Positions 47,929 to 58,069 of a stretch of 64,000 nucleotides of DNA are shown here, piece by piece; position 1 is the first letter of the stretch; each line of letters starts with the position of its first letter. A program made the translations under genes and the position numbers. Source of the DNA: a virus. The notes under the pieces are model-generated. The model ran no database searches. It was not told the DNA's origin and worked only from the letters and a program-made list of their open reading frames with translations. The stretch is from IMG/VR virus record IMGVR_UViG_3300002307_002134, positions 1 to 64,000 of that record. One strand, given 5' to 3'.

Positions 47929-48729
47929 TTATACTAATTGTTCACTATACGTTATTTTTCTGTCTTTAGCAAAATAATATTCTTTTTTAGCCTGTGCCAA
48001 CCACCATCTAGCTTCACTAGGGTTAATTGTTTCTTTATATGTTGCAAACAAAGAACCTACCCTTTGATTTACGTGTTTATACCCAAACCTAGGGATTACC
48101 ATGGTTTTAACTGATTTGAACGTCATACGCAACAAAAATTCATAAATAAATGTTAATTTTATGCTTGATTTAAAACCACCGAATGCTTCATAAACTGATT
48201 TTTTCATTACAATTCCGTCAATGTTAAAGTTTTGATAGGTTAGTAATGCATTATTATCCAAAATGCCTAATTCATCTGAAAAGCTTTGAGCCCAAACAGC
48301 TTCATTGGTTAAACCGATAAACTGGCCAGATGCATCTACGTCTACAACGATAGGCATAAATATTTCAACATCAGTGTGAGCTGCCCTATATTCAACAACA
48401 TTTTTAAACCAGATGTTGGCATATTCATCATCAAATTCTAAAATACTAAACCAATCTGATTTACTAGTTTTAACACCAAAATCAATTTGAGTTGCAAAAT
48501 CTGTTTCACCATCATTCTCAGCAATGGTTATGTTTGAAGTATAATCACCAAAATCCAATGATTTAATATAAGTAGCTACTTCACTATCTTTAGGTACTAC
48601 AATAACCAATTCGTCTGGTCTTACAGTTTGTGATTTTACACTTTGAACAGCATTGTCAAAAAGTGTTTTGGTTTCATCATTTAACTCATGAACTGGTAAT
48701 ATAACAGAAATATTATTTTTTTCTTTCAT
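47929..48729 (-). CDS. GT2-family glycosyltransferase
   Basis: ISVILPVH...QTVRPDELVIV...LEFDDE. Confidence 0.75.
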   Translation of the reverse strand: MKEKNNISVILPVHELNDETKTLFDNAVQSVKSQTVRPDELVIVVPKDSEVATYIKSLDFGDYTSNITIAENDGETDFATQIDFGVKTSKSDWFSILEFDDEYANIWFKNVVEYRAAHTDVEIFMPIVVDVDASGQFIGLTNEAVWAQSFSDELGILDNNALLTYQNFNIDGIVMKKSVYEAFGGFKSSIKLTFIYEFLLRMTFKSVKTMVIPRFGYKHVNQRVGSLFATYKETINPSEARWWLAQAKKEYYFAKDRKITYSEQLV

Positions 48730-48744
48730 TTTATTTTAATTTAA

Positions 48745-49893
48745 TTAAACGTTAGTTTTTTCTTTGATTTGTTCTTCTAGACTAGAAATAATATTTTTAA
48801 ATTCTCCAATTCTTCCTGTTAACAAACCACCATATACGTTTGATAGGGCTTCTTTTTGTTTTTCACTTGTGTATTGGCCTTTGCTTTCTTTGATACTGTT
48901 AATCATTTCATTTGGTACTGAATCTTCTAACCAAACCTTGATGTAAGTTGCAATTAATTCTGGAATATTTATTGTAGTGTTTGTCCAAACACCATTATTT
49001 TTAATAGAATAGTTACCTTCATCATCTTTTGTTTCCATCCATTCTGGGATTAGATTTGGCATTTTACCAATTACTGGCGTTTCACATTCCATAGCTTCCA
49101 ATGGAAACGTACCGAATCCAGATTGGTCATCGACCCATACTGCCAAACAAGATTTTGCCAATTCAGTAGCAAATTGTTGTCTAGGTAATCCTCTCAATTC
49201 TTTAAAAGTAATCCATTTATATACAGGAAATTGCAAATAAAAAGATTTTGCAATTTTAGCGGCATCTCCTTGATTTCTAGTTAAAATGCTAACAAGTGGA
49301 ATCTTAGGTTTATCGCTATTTTTGAAATAACTAGGTATTGATACAGGTACAACATATGTTCTGATTGATGGGAACAGATTGTTTACATACTGGGCTTGTT
49401 TAAAGCTTGTGGTAATTACATCATGAAACCCATAATCTGTATTCCATCTTTTACCTATAGGAAGTAGTTCTAATAGGTAGTCATAACTTTGTGAGAACAC
49501 AATTTTTTTGCATGGAAAAGTTTTTATTTGGTCCATAATATTTGAAAATATTTCTGGAATAACAATAAAATCAGCTGGACTGATATTAAGTTGTTGACCT
49601 TCGATTGATACGTGAGGCAAAGCTGCGTATTCTTCTCCTAACCAATCAGCAATGCCTTGTCCATTGTTGTCACCTCTTAATTTATAATCATTTTTTTCAT
49701 GAAGGATAACCGCATCATAACCTAATTCAATTAATAGTTTTACATGTTCGTAAATGTTAGCAATACCAGCTGTTGGATTTCCTTTGGTGTCCAAAGTAAA
49801 AAAGTATATTTTGAAATCTTTGTTTTCTAATTTTTCAATAACCCCTTTAGCTTGGCTAATTTGGTCTTCAAATTGTTTTAAATTTTCTGCCAT
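48745..49893 (-). CDS. GT-B (GT4-like) glycosyltransferase
   Basis: SGFGTFPLEAMECETPVIG. Confidence 0.7.
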   Translation of the reverse strand: MAENLKQFEDQISQAKGVIEKLENKDFKIYFFTLDTKGNPTAGIANIYEHVKLLIELGYDAVILHEKNDYKLRGDNNGQGIADWLGEEYAALPHVSIEGQQLNISPADFIVIPEIFSNIMDQIKTFPCKKIVFSQSYDYLLELLPIGKRWNTDYGFHDVITTSFKQAQYVNNLFPSIRTYVVPVSIPSYFKNSDKPKIPLVSILTRNQGDAAKIAKSFYLQFPVYKWITFKELRGLPRQQFATELAKSCLAVWVDDQSGFGTFPLEAMECETPVIGKMPNLIPEWMETKDDEGNYSIKNNGVWTNTTINIPELIATYIKVWLEDSVPNEMINSIKESKGQYTSEKQKEALSNVYGGLLTGRIGEFKNIISSLEEQIKEKTNV

Positions 49894-49913
49894 ATTTTTG
49901 TTTTTTTTTTAGT

Positions 49914-50273
49914 TTATAATTCTTTTTCTTTTAGTATACCATAATTGTATAAGGTATTAAAAGCTAATTTGTAAGATAAAGGCATTTTTTCTAATGCTCT
50001 TTCGGCACCCAATGAAGTATCTGATTCATCTTCGTAATCTAGAACTATTTCAAGCATTGTTCTTATTACTTCAAATTTTGCAGTATCGATTTCTTTACCT
50101 CTAGGTGCTGATGTTTCATATTCTTCAATAGCAAGAATATTACCATCACCATCTTTCATTATTTTTTTTTCATTTGATGTTACTAAATCTGTTGGTTTAA
50201 GACCATTTGGGGCTAAAACTTTGTCAAAAGCAGATAAATCAATATAATAAAATGTTTCACCGAATTCTATCAT
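49914..50273 (-). CDS. hypothetical protein
   Basis: 119-aa ORF. Confidence 0.65.
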   Translation of the reverse strand: MIEFGETFYYIDLSAFDKVLAPNGLKPTDLVTSNEKKIMKDGDGNILAIEEYETSAPRGKEIDTAKFEVIRTMLEIVLDYEDESDTSLGAERALEKMPLSYKLAFNTLYNYGILKEKEL

Positions 50274-50277
50274 GTTC

Positions 50278-50883
50278 TTAAATTTCTTCGTAAGTAGTTG
50301 TTATTGTTGGTTTTAATATTTTATTTCGTAGTTCTTCATCTTTAAAGAAATCTAGAATTGAATCAATTTCATAATCAGCTTTAGCGTCTGTATTGTAATT
50401 TGTTTTTACTTTAACACTTATTTTTCCAGCTGGTTTTGCTTCTAAAGCTTTTGGGTTTGCCGTAATTAAAACATCGACATTATTCCATTTTTGTTCGTAT
50501 TTTTTTACAAATCTAATATTGGTTGGTCTGGCACCTGTTTTAGATAGAAAGAAAAATGTTGACGGGATAGCTTTGTTTACTTCTCGGCTAACCAGTTCTA
50601 TTTCATGTTCTCCTTCATATTCAATGTCTATTAAAAATTCATTGAATCGGTTGATGATGCCATCATGTAATTGGTCAGCATGACCAAAAATTTCTAGAGG
50701 TGCTTCCAAATAAAGGAAGTTGTTAAATTTGTCAACACTATCAAATTTAAAAAACTCCATCAAATCAAAGTTTGTTACATCTTTAACAGTAATATTTGTT
50801 TCAGCAATGTACTTGTTATAAGTGTAAGCAAATTGGCCGATAAAGTCTCTTAGTACCTCGTTTAGACTAATTGCTATTTTCAT
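50278..50883 (-). CDS. 5'(3')-deoxyribonucleotidase-like HAD-fold protein, catalytically degenerate
   Basis: MKIAISLNEVLRD where active enzymes have IAIDxDxVLxD; TNYN near the C-terminus. Confidence 0.55.
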   Translation of the reverse strand: MKIAISLNEVLRDFIGQFAYTYNKYIAETNITVKDVTNFDLMEFFKFDSVDKFNNFLYLEAPLEIFGHADQLHDGIINRFNEFLIDIEYEGEHEIELVSREVNKAIPSTFFFLSKTGARPTNIRFVKKYEQKWNNVDVLITANPKALEAKPAGKISVKVKTNYNTDAKADYEIDSILDFFKDEELRNKILKPTITTTYEEI

Positions 50884-50932
50884 GTAACCAATTTAATGGT
50901 TAACCCTAAATAAGTAAAGTAAAAGGAAATTA

Positions 50933-51751
50933 TTACTTAAATATTTTTAAAAATTTTTCAAACCAATTTAATTTTTTATGTTTTTCAAATTTTATTTCTT
51001 TTGGTTTTTCTGTTGGCTCTTTAAAAATATTAATAAAATAACTGGTTAATCTATGTCTAACTATATCGGTTTCATTAAATTCAACAACATCAACACCATC
51101 GATAGGGTGTTTTTTAACTCTAGAAACCAAACGCTCAAGAGAGCTATCTTTTTTATTTTTGATATCAATTTGTTCACAGTCACCCAATATAATTGTTTTG
51201 GTATTGTCTGAAAATCTAGTAAGAAATGTTTTGGCATTATCGTGACTAATATTTTGAAATTCATCCACAATCAATATAACATTTTCGAATGACCTGCCAC
51301 GGATGGCCCCAAAAACTTCAAAATCAATCAATTTAGCCTCCATTAATTTGCTAGTGTTTGTTTCACCTATTAGTTTATAAAAAGCATCCATAAATGACAT
51401 CATATGGAATTTAAGTTTTTCTTTTTCATCACCTGGTAAAATACCCAATTCTTCATTTTTAAGTTGGGTAATTGATTTCACCAATTTAATTTGTTTATAT
51501 TTTTCTGGATATGTCTTTAGAAGCATAAGGGCTTCAAAAACACTCAATAGAGTTTTTCCAGTACCAGCAGGACCAGTACATATTGTTACATCATTTTTCT
51601 TGATGGATTGGGTAAGTTTCTTTTGGGGTTCATTTTTATGTTTAATATCAAATTTTAAAGTAAAAAGTAGATTATTGTTAAAACCTGTTATAATATCTGA
51701 GATATCTTCATTTTGTTTTTTAGCTCTGGTAACAGATGGTTTTCTACCCAT
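50933..51751 (-). CDS. phoH: PhoH-family ATPase
   Basis: GPAGTGKT, LGILPGD, IRGRSF, IVDEFQN, LGDCEQID, DIVRH. Confidence 0.92.
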   Translation of the reverse strand: MGRKPSVTRAKKQNEDISDIITGFNNNLLFTLKFDIKHKNEPQKKLTQSIKKNDVTICTGPAGTGKTLLSVFEALMLLKTYPEKYKQIKLVKSITQLKNEELGILPGDEKEKLKFHMMSFMDAFYKLIGETNTSKLMEAKLIDFEVFGAIRGRSFENVILIVDEFQNISHDNAKTFLTRFSDNTKTIILGDCEQIDIKNKKDSSLERLVSRVKKHPIDGVDVVEFNETDIVRHRLTSYFINIFKEPTEKPKEIKFEKHKKLNWFEKFLKIFK

Positions 51752-51802
51752 GTATTTGTTTTCTAATAAATATCTTAAACAGTAAAGATGTTCAAATTTT
51801 TA

Positions 51803-52603
51803 TTACATTAAAAAATTTTTGTATTTTTTTCTGTAATCTATTTTAAAATAATAATCGATTATTTCATCTTTTGACATGTTATTTAACATTAAATAAATTT
51901 CATTATTATTATTGAAATATTGATTAGAATTGTCGCTGAATGGTGTTCTCGAATGTTCTAAATGATAAATATCGTTAACAATTCTATCTATACGATAACC
52001 AATTTTTTGAAATCTTTCGTATCTCTCACTATCTTCTGGCCCATATGCTATAAATTTTTCATTTTCTCCACCAATTGCTCTATATTTCTCTGTATTTAGA
52101 AAAACGCAATGTCCATATTTTGCATCCCACATATCAAAATACCCAAGCTCAATATCATTAAGGTTAAAACTTTGATTGAAGGTTTCTCTGTTGAATGTTG
52201 TGAATACTCTTCTTTGAAACACGCCATTACCATAAGGATAAACAACATCTGATTCACCAGAAATTATCATATTAACAGCTTCAATATATGATTTAACTGG
52301 TAAAATAACATCTATATCATAATTAACAACTACAGGTGTATCCACTATATTTAACATTTCATTTAATTGTCTTGTTCTATGGTATATTGTTAAATCAGAT
52401 ACATCAATAATATGTTTTATATTGGTATTTTTATAATTATCTAAAGGCGGTAAGTTTGTTTTTCCAGATGTTATTTCATGAATAATAATATTAGTCTCAA
52501 AATGATAATTCAAATAACCTAAAACAGTTATTGCGTTGTTTAATCTATCGATAGATTCAACACATACTGGGATTATAAATGTTGTTTTTTTTAAATTTTC
52601 CAT
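51803..52603 (-). CDS. glycosyltransferase (GT-A, GT7/GT2-like)
   Basis: NYDIDV, GGENEKFIAYGPEDSER, YHLEH. Confidence 0.75.
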   Translation of the reverse strand: MENLKKTTFIIPVCVESIDRLNNAITVLGYLNYHFETNIIIHEITSGKTNLPPLDNYKNTNIKHIIDVSDLTIYHRTRQLNEMLNIVDTPVVVNYDIDVILPVKSYIEAVNMIISGESDVVYPYGNGVFQRRVFTTFNRETFNQSFNLNDIELGYFDMWDAKYGHCVFLNTEKYRAIGGENEKFIAYGPEDSERYERFQKIGYRIDRIVNDIYHLEHSRTPFSDNSNQYFNNNNEIYLMLNNMSKDEIIDYYFKIDYRKKYKNFLM

Positions 52604-52606
52604 ATT

Positions 52607-53425
52607 TTATAGTAAATATATTGCACCATGTTGGTATTTAAACCCTTTAACAGGTATTATTTTGCTAGGCTCACAGAATAAAGTAACACCTAAATATTTT
52701 ATAGGTGCGTCACCCCATCTTTTAATATATATATTTCCGCTTTTATCAATTTCCTTATAATAATTATAATATTTTGAATTTATAAACCAATCTACTTTAC
52801 CTAATTCAAAATTAGTATAAAACATTTTCCCATCTGGAATTAAATTGATGTCAGTATAAGTTTCAATATTATTTGTTCTAATATAATTTTCAGTAAAGTT
52901 TTTTAACCCTTCAACAACTTTTGGGTTATCAATTTGCACCGCTGGTTCACAATAACCATATATTAAATCATTATTTTTTGCAAATAAAAAAATATCATAA
53001 TTTAATGGTGATAAGATATAAGAATCAGTATCTAACCTAAGATAATAATCATAATCTTTTAATATTTTAAGTTCATGGAACTGACCAGAAAAAAATCTAC
53101 ACATGTTTCTATAACCAATAGTAAACCCTGGGTGGCCAAACGCTACTGGTCCGTTAGCGTGTGTTGGGTGTGGATAAAACTCTGGAATTTTAAGTTTAAT
53201 TTCATCATTATAATCTGGTAAACCCATTTCTATTTCATAATAAATTAATTTATGATTAGATATTATACCATTTTTAAGTTCACCTAAATCTTTTTCATGA
53301 AAAATAATAATATCAAAACTATTAGTAAAACACATTAAATTATTTTCCAATAATGATAATGATTTATTAATCATGTTGATATCATCAATTGATGAACGTA
53401 GTAAATATACTATACAATTTTTCAT
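52607..53425 (-). CDS. GT15 (Kre2/Ktr-like) alpha-mannosyltransferase
   Basis: GYRNMCRFFSG, YDYYLRLDTD, FYTNFELG, GNIYIKRWGDAPI. Confidence 0.8.
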   Translation of the reverse strand: MKNCIVYLLRSSIDDINMINKSLSLLENNLMCFTNSFDIIIFHEKDLGELKNGIISNHKLIYYEIEMGLPDYNDEIKLKIPEFYPHPTHANGPVAFGHPGFTIGYRNMCRFFSGQFHELKILKDYDYYLRLDTDSYILSPLNYDIFLFAKNNDLIYGYCEPAVQIDNPKVVEGLKNFTENYIRTNNIETYTDINLIPDGKMFYTNFELGKVDWFINSKYYNYYKEIDKSGNIYIKRWGDAPIKYLGVTLFCEPSKIIPVKGFKYQHGAIYLL

Positions 53426-53429
53426 ATAT

Positions 53430-54128
53430 TTATTTTATGTATTTTTCCCAATTAATTATTGGTGATAATAATCCATCACAATGAGTTGAAAAAGCTGGGA
53501 TTGGTGTGAATAATGTTCTGCCAATCCTTCCTAATCTAAGAAATTTTCCATTGTCATCTGTGACATTATTATGGCAATTAATTGAATGTAGTTTGTGAAT
53601 CCCCATATCAGTTTTTAGCGTAATCATTTTACAAGCATACGTATTACAAGTTGACGGTACCGTCCTCCAATGAACAGATTTTGTTAATACTATTTTAGAA
53701 TTTAAATCTGGATAGTCTAAATATTTATCTAAGTGGTCATATAATGATATATAATCACTGATTTCAACACCTTCAATTATAGCATTGCACCAATTTTCTC
53801 TATGTAAATAATCATCTTCTAAAATATAAATAATACTATCATCACTCAAATTATCATTTTCAATAATTTTAAGTATTTCTAAAAAACTACTAGCTTCAGT
53901 GCCACAATTAATTTTAATCACTTCAATATCTTCAGTAAAAAAAATATCTGAATTATCACCAAAATATGTATCATAAATAATTTTAACATTACACATTTCT
54001 TTATTAACTGTTTCAATAAAATTATTCCAGATTTTCTTTTTATCAAACCATACTGGCCTTATCCTATTTCCTATTACTGAGTTTGGCGAATAAAAAGCGT
54101 GTCTAACATAAACATTAATTTTTTTCAT
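53430..54128 (-). CDS. GT-A glycosyltransferase
   Basis: IYILEDDYLH. Confidence 0.65.
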   Translation of the reverse strand: MKKINVYVRHAFYSPNSVIGNRIRPVWFDKKKIWNNFIETVNKEMCNVKIIYDTYFGDNSDIFFTEDIEVIKINCGTEASSFLEILKIIENDNLSDDSIIYILEDDYLHRENWCNAIIEGVEISDYISLYDHLDKYLDYPDLNSKIVLTKSVHWRTVPSTCNTYACKMITLKTDMGIHKLHSINCHNNVTDDNGKFLRLGRIGRTLFTPIPAFSTHCDGLLSPIINWEKYIK

Positions 54129-55122
54129 TTTCCCAAAATTTATATATTCCTTTATCTAATTCATATTTATTCCAAATAAATCTATTTCTAATTGGTTGTT
54201 TTTTTGCCCATTCCCACATTTTAGTTAAACCTTCCTTAAGATTAGTTTTGTGCTCAAATCCAAGAATGTCAACAGATTTACACCAAGTTGGTATTGAATG
54301 TTTTACTTCATGTCGTTGTTCATAAAATTTAGTTTCACCACCACCAATAACTTCTTTTAAAATATTATTTGATTCTAAAATAGAATATTCTTCAATACCA
54401 CCTAAATTAATTATTTCTTTTGATGCACGTGGTTCGATTGCTGTTCTCCATAATGGTTCTAAACTATCATCGATATAACTAAAAGCTCTTGTTTGAGACC
54501 CATCACCAAAAATAGACATTGGTTCATTATTGAGATGTTGATACATCCAGATACCTAAAACGTTTCTGTATTTATCCCATATGTTTTGATTGATACCGTA
54601 AACATTATGTGGCCTAATGATACACCAATCTAAATTATGTTGTTCTCCAGCTATCATTATATCCATTTCACAGGCGTATTTAGCCACGCCATAAGGGTCT
54701 ATTGGTTTTGGTTGTTGTTGTTCATCGAATAGACCATTAACAGGGTGTCCGTAAACGGCTAGTGTAGATGTAAAAATTAATCTATCTATATTATATCTAA
54801 TACTTTCATTAATTACATTTGCAGTAGCTACTAAATTATTTTGGTAATTAAATTGTCGAATGAATGGCGATAACCCTTCTGCTGCATATGCGGCAAAATG
54901 AAACACATAGTTTGGTTTAAACTCATCAAAAATTGATTTAAGTTTTTGGTCTTTTAAATCCATCTTATAAAAAATAACTTTTGAATTTACGTTATTAATA
55001 TAACCACCACTTAAATCATCTATGCCAACAACAATATATGTTGGTTGGTTTTCTATTATCCAATTGGCTAATCTAGAACCGATTAAACCAGCAACGCCAG
55101 TTATTAATATTGTTTTATTCAT
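54115..55122 (-). CDS. NAD-dependent nucleotide-sugar epimerase/dehydratase
   Basis: TGVAGLIGS, YGVAK, RPHNVYG, GDGSQTRAFSYI. Confidence 0.88.
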   Translation of the reverse strand: MNKTILITGVAGLIGSRLANWIIENQPTYIVVGIDDLSGGYINNVNSKVIFYKMDLKDQKLKSIFDEFKPNYVFHFAAYAAEGLSPFIRQFNYQNNLVATANVINESIRYNIDRLIFTSTLAVYGHPVNGLFDEQQQPKPIDPYGVAKYACEMDIMIAGEQHNLDWCIIRPHNVYGINQNIWDKYRNVLGIWMYQHLNNEPMSIFGDGSQTRAFSYIDDSLEPLWRTAIEPRASKEIINLGGIEEYSILESNNILKEVIGGGETKFYEQRHEVKHSIPTWCKSVDILGFEHKTNLKEGLTKMWEWAKKQPIRNRFIWNKYELDKGIYKFWENEKN

Positions 55123-55837
55123 TATTAAATTTTAAATTAATTAATTCGTTTGAGTTTAAGAAATTATGCCCGTGAAAACCAAAATGATTTTCTGGATTAT
55201 AATTAACTCTATTAACATCTCTTATTTTCATTTCATCACCAATGAAAGCGTTTTCATACGAAAATTTTAACGCTAATTCAAATGGTGGGTGTTTAATTCC
55301 AAATTCATTTGCTTTATTATTATTTACTATATTTAAAAAAGAATCCTCACCAATTCCATTACAAGTAGTAAATTGTGATGAGTATTTTAAAAACTTATTG
55401 CTTCTTAAACTAAAACCACCATTACCAACTCTAGTGTGTTTAAGGTTTTCATACATATATTGTCTTATATTTTGGTTTTGTAATTCAATCCAAGCACTAT
55501 CTTCATGTGATGACCAAGGTGCACCAATATAATCATAGTTTAAAAACAAGTCATCCCATTTATTTTGATTGATTATGAAGCCATCATCTTGTACAACCAA
55601 AACAAATTCATTATTGATAAATTGATTCAATCTCAAAACAAAATCGTTATATTCATTGACAGAATTTAATTTTTTTATTTTAATAATTTCTATTGTATCA
55701 GCAACAATTTCGTCATGTGTAAACATAATAGCTCTACCAAAATTAAAATATTTTTGGCAATGTTTAATTGCCATAATACCAGCATGCGTGTTGGTGCAAT
55801 TAATGGTTATTATATCAATGTTTTTCAAATCTTTCAT
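55115..55837 (-). CDS. DUF5672-like GT-A protein
   Basis: VQDDGF, YDYIGAPW, VGNGGFSLRS, FGFHG. Confidence 0.75.
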   Translation of the reverse strand: MKDLKNIDIITINCTNTHAGIMAIKHCQKYFNFGRAIMFTHDEIVADTIEIIKIKKLNSVNEYNDFVLRLNQFINNEFVLVVQDDGFIINQNKWDDLFLNYDYIGAPWSSHEDSAWIELQNQNIRQYMYENLKHTRVGNGGFSLRSNKFLKYSSQFTTCNGIGEDSFLNIVNNNKANEFGIKHPPFELALKFSYENAFIGDEMKIRDVNRVNYNPENHFGFHGHNFLNSNELINLKFNNE

Positions 55838-55840
55838 ATA

Positions 55841-56491
55841 TTATATTGGTATACCACCAGTTGTTATAACTCCTCGTTCAATCCAAGGTAATTTAGTTAC
55901 TGAAAATAAATCTTTAAAATCTTTCCTAATTAAATAAACATTACCGCTATCTCTCCCAACATAACCAGACATACCAATAAACTCATAACCTAATTCTAAA
56001 CCCATATTAACCAACATTTCAATTGATGAACCTTCTGGGTTTCTTTTTTCAATAACATCACCGTTTGGTTCTACAATTAAAATGATAGGTTTATATTTAC
56101 CCAAGCTTTTAGTTACGTTTAAATCATCCCCATCAATATCAATTGATGCTAAGATAAAATTATTATTATCAACATTAAATTTAGATTCATCAACCATTCG
56201 TTCCAAGCTATTTTCAATACTTGCAAATGATTTATAACAATGAATATTAGGGTATTTAGCTTGTAGGTCATTAACATTTAATCTATCTGACCCTTCGATT
56301 AAAATACCCTTGTAATTATTATTTTTTGACCACAGATTTGCTGTATTACTTAAATAAAAACCATCCCACGCACCAATTTCTAATACTACACCACTATCCA
56401 ATTTTAAATAATTAAATAACGATTGATTTATACCGTCTTCACCATTTTGTGAAAATGTATCTACACTATATTCATATAAATATTTTTTCAT
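55841..56491 (-). CDS. FkbM-like SAM-dependent methyltransferase
   Basis: SQNGEDGI, LEIGAWDG...SNT, SIDIDGDD. Confidence 0.75.
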   Translation of the reverse strand: MKKYLYEYSVDTFSQNGEDGINQSLFNYLKLDSGVVLEIGAWDGFYLSNTANLWSKNNNYKGILIEGSDRLNVNDLQAKYPNIHCYKSFASIENSLERMVDESKFNVDNNNFILASIDIDGDDLNVTKSLGKYKPIILIVEPNGDVIEKRNPEGSSIEMLVNMGLELGYEFIGMSGYVGRDSGNVYLIRKDFKDLFSVTKLPWIERGVITTGGIPI

Positions 56492-56593
56492 ATTATTTAT
56501 TACAATTATAAATACGGTAAACACATTTACCCCAATGACATTTTTTTTCATATATTTGGGCAGCTTCCCAACATTCTTTTGTTATTTCTTGTT

Positions 56594-57412
56594 TTAACAT
56601 GGTCTTGATGTGTTTATTTTATTGTTTATTTTATTAGCATGTCTTTCATAGACAATTCTTGTGTTTTTTTGGTTTGAAGCTAATTGCCAAGCCGCTGGTT
56701 GACCATTTATCCTAGTTCCACCCCAGTTAGGGTCCGATATGTAATCAATCCAATAACAACCAACAACTTTATTTAATTTTTCGGACATTCTAAAACATAA
56801 ATCATGGTCATCCATGTCTAATGGTGCAAATGCTTCATCAAAAAAATCTAAATTTTTAAAATCATCATAATTAATTGCTAATGGTCCCCTATTAACACAC
56901 TGTCTAATTGCAAATACATCTCGTGGTATCGTATTTTTATTTGCATGGTCAACATGTATTAAAATATCGCTCCATTCATAATCATTATTTTCATTTGTTA
57001 AAATATGTTTTGAATTTTGATTAATTTCCCAATTATGGGCACAGTTTGCCGTTACAGCAAACACATCATCAAATTCCCTAAAAGGTTTCGTTAATCTATG
57101 ATTCCAATCTTGTTCATTGATGACCATATCGTCTTGTATTATAATAACTATGTCACCAGTAGCTTCTTTTAGGCCAACATTATTCGCTTTGGTCTCAAAT
57201 ACATCTGGAGTGTTTAATATTTTAATATTCATTTCTGAATTATTATCTTTAAAAGATTTAATCATCTCAGAAGAATTATCGGTTGAACCATCATTTATAA
57301 TTATTAATTCATAAGTACCATGAGTATATTGTTTTATACTATTTAATACACGTGTTATTAAATACCCTTTATTATGTACCGTTAAAATTAATGTTTGATT
57401 ATTAGTAAGCAT
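56594..57412 (-). CDS. GT2-family glycosyltransferase
   Basis: INDGSTDNS, IQDDM, FDEAF...DDHDLC. Confidence 0.85.
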   Translation of the reverse strand: MLTNNQTLILTVHNKGYLITRVLNSIKQYTHGTYELIIINDGSTDNSSEMIKSFKDNNSEMNIKILNTPDVFETKANNVGLKEATGDIVIIIQDDMVINEQDWNHRLTKPFREFDDVFAVTANCAHNWEINQNSKHILTNENNDYEWSDILIHVDHANKNTIPRDVFAIRQCVNRGPLAINYDDFKNLDFFDEAFAPLDMDDHDLCFRMSEKLNKVVGCYWIDYISDPNWGGTRINGQPAAWQLASNQKNTRIVYERHANKINNKINTSRPC

Positions 57413-58067
57413 TGCAAGTAATATATTGTCTAAGCAAATTATTTATGTTTAAACCATACTTAACAGCCAAATTAGTTAAAACACTTTGGTCATATCTATG
57501 TTCAACAAATCCAATTAAATTATTACCATAAATATTATCAATATTAGTTAAAATATGTTCATTTTTACAATATTCTAACCATTTATTTAATAAAAAAATC
57601 ATTTTATCACTTTTTTTAATTGTTATAATTCCAGCTTCTATTTGAATTTGATTATGATATATTTGTTCATCACAACCCATCAATATAAAACAATCTCTTT
57701 TAGTAAAATTTTTTTGTAGATAAACACCAGCTGTTAAAATTAACTCTTCTGATGTCTTGGTAAAATATTGTTTTAAAAAATCAACTAATCCATTTTCAAA
57801 TATATCGGCTGAATCTAAATAAAAAATAACATCACCATTTTCTAAGTGTTTAAGCGTTTCTAAGATAACATATGGTTTCCAAAGACAAAAACCAGCACCA
57901 ACCTTTTGGTCTAAAATTTTTTTATTTTCTAAGTAAAAATCAGTAGTAATAAGCCATTCACGGTCATAAGTATATACACCGTCAAATGATTTTTCAGCTT
58001 TAATGTTAAGTTTTTTTCGATGAAAATCAAATTTTTCATCAGAATAAGTTATAAAATATGTTTTCAT
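57402..58067 (-). CDS. putative glycosyltransferase
   Basis: WKPYVI, YLDSAD, EHRYDQSVL. Confidence 0.65.
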   Translation of the reverse strand: MKTYFITYSDEKFDFHRKKLNIKAEKSFDGVYTYDREWLITTDFYLENKKILDQKVGAGFCLWKPYVILETLKHLENGDVIFYLDSADIFENGLVDFLKQYFTKTSEELILTAGVYLQKNFTKRDCFILMGCDEQIYHNQIQIEAGIITIKKSDKMIFLLNKWLEYCKNEHILTNIDNIYGNNLIGFVEHRYDQSVLTNLAVKYGLNINNLLRQYITCNAY

Positions 58068-58069
58068 AA

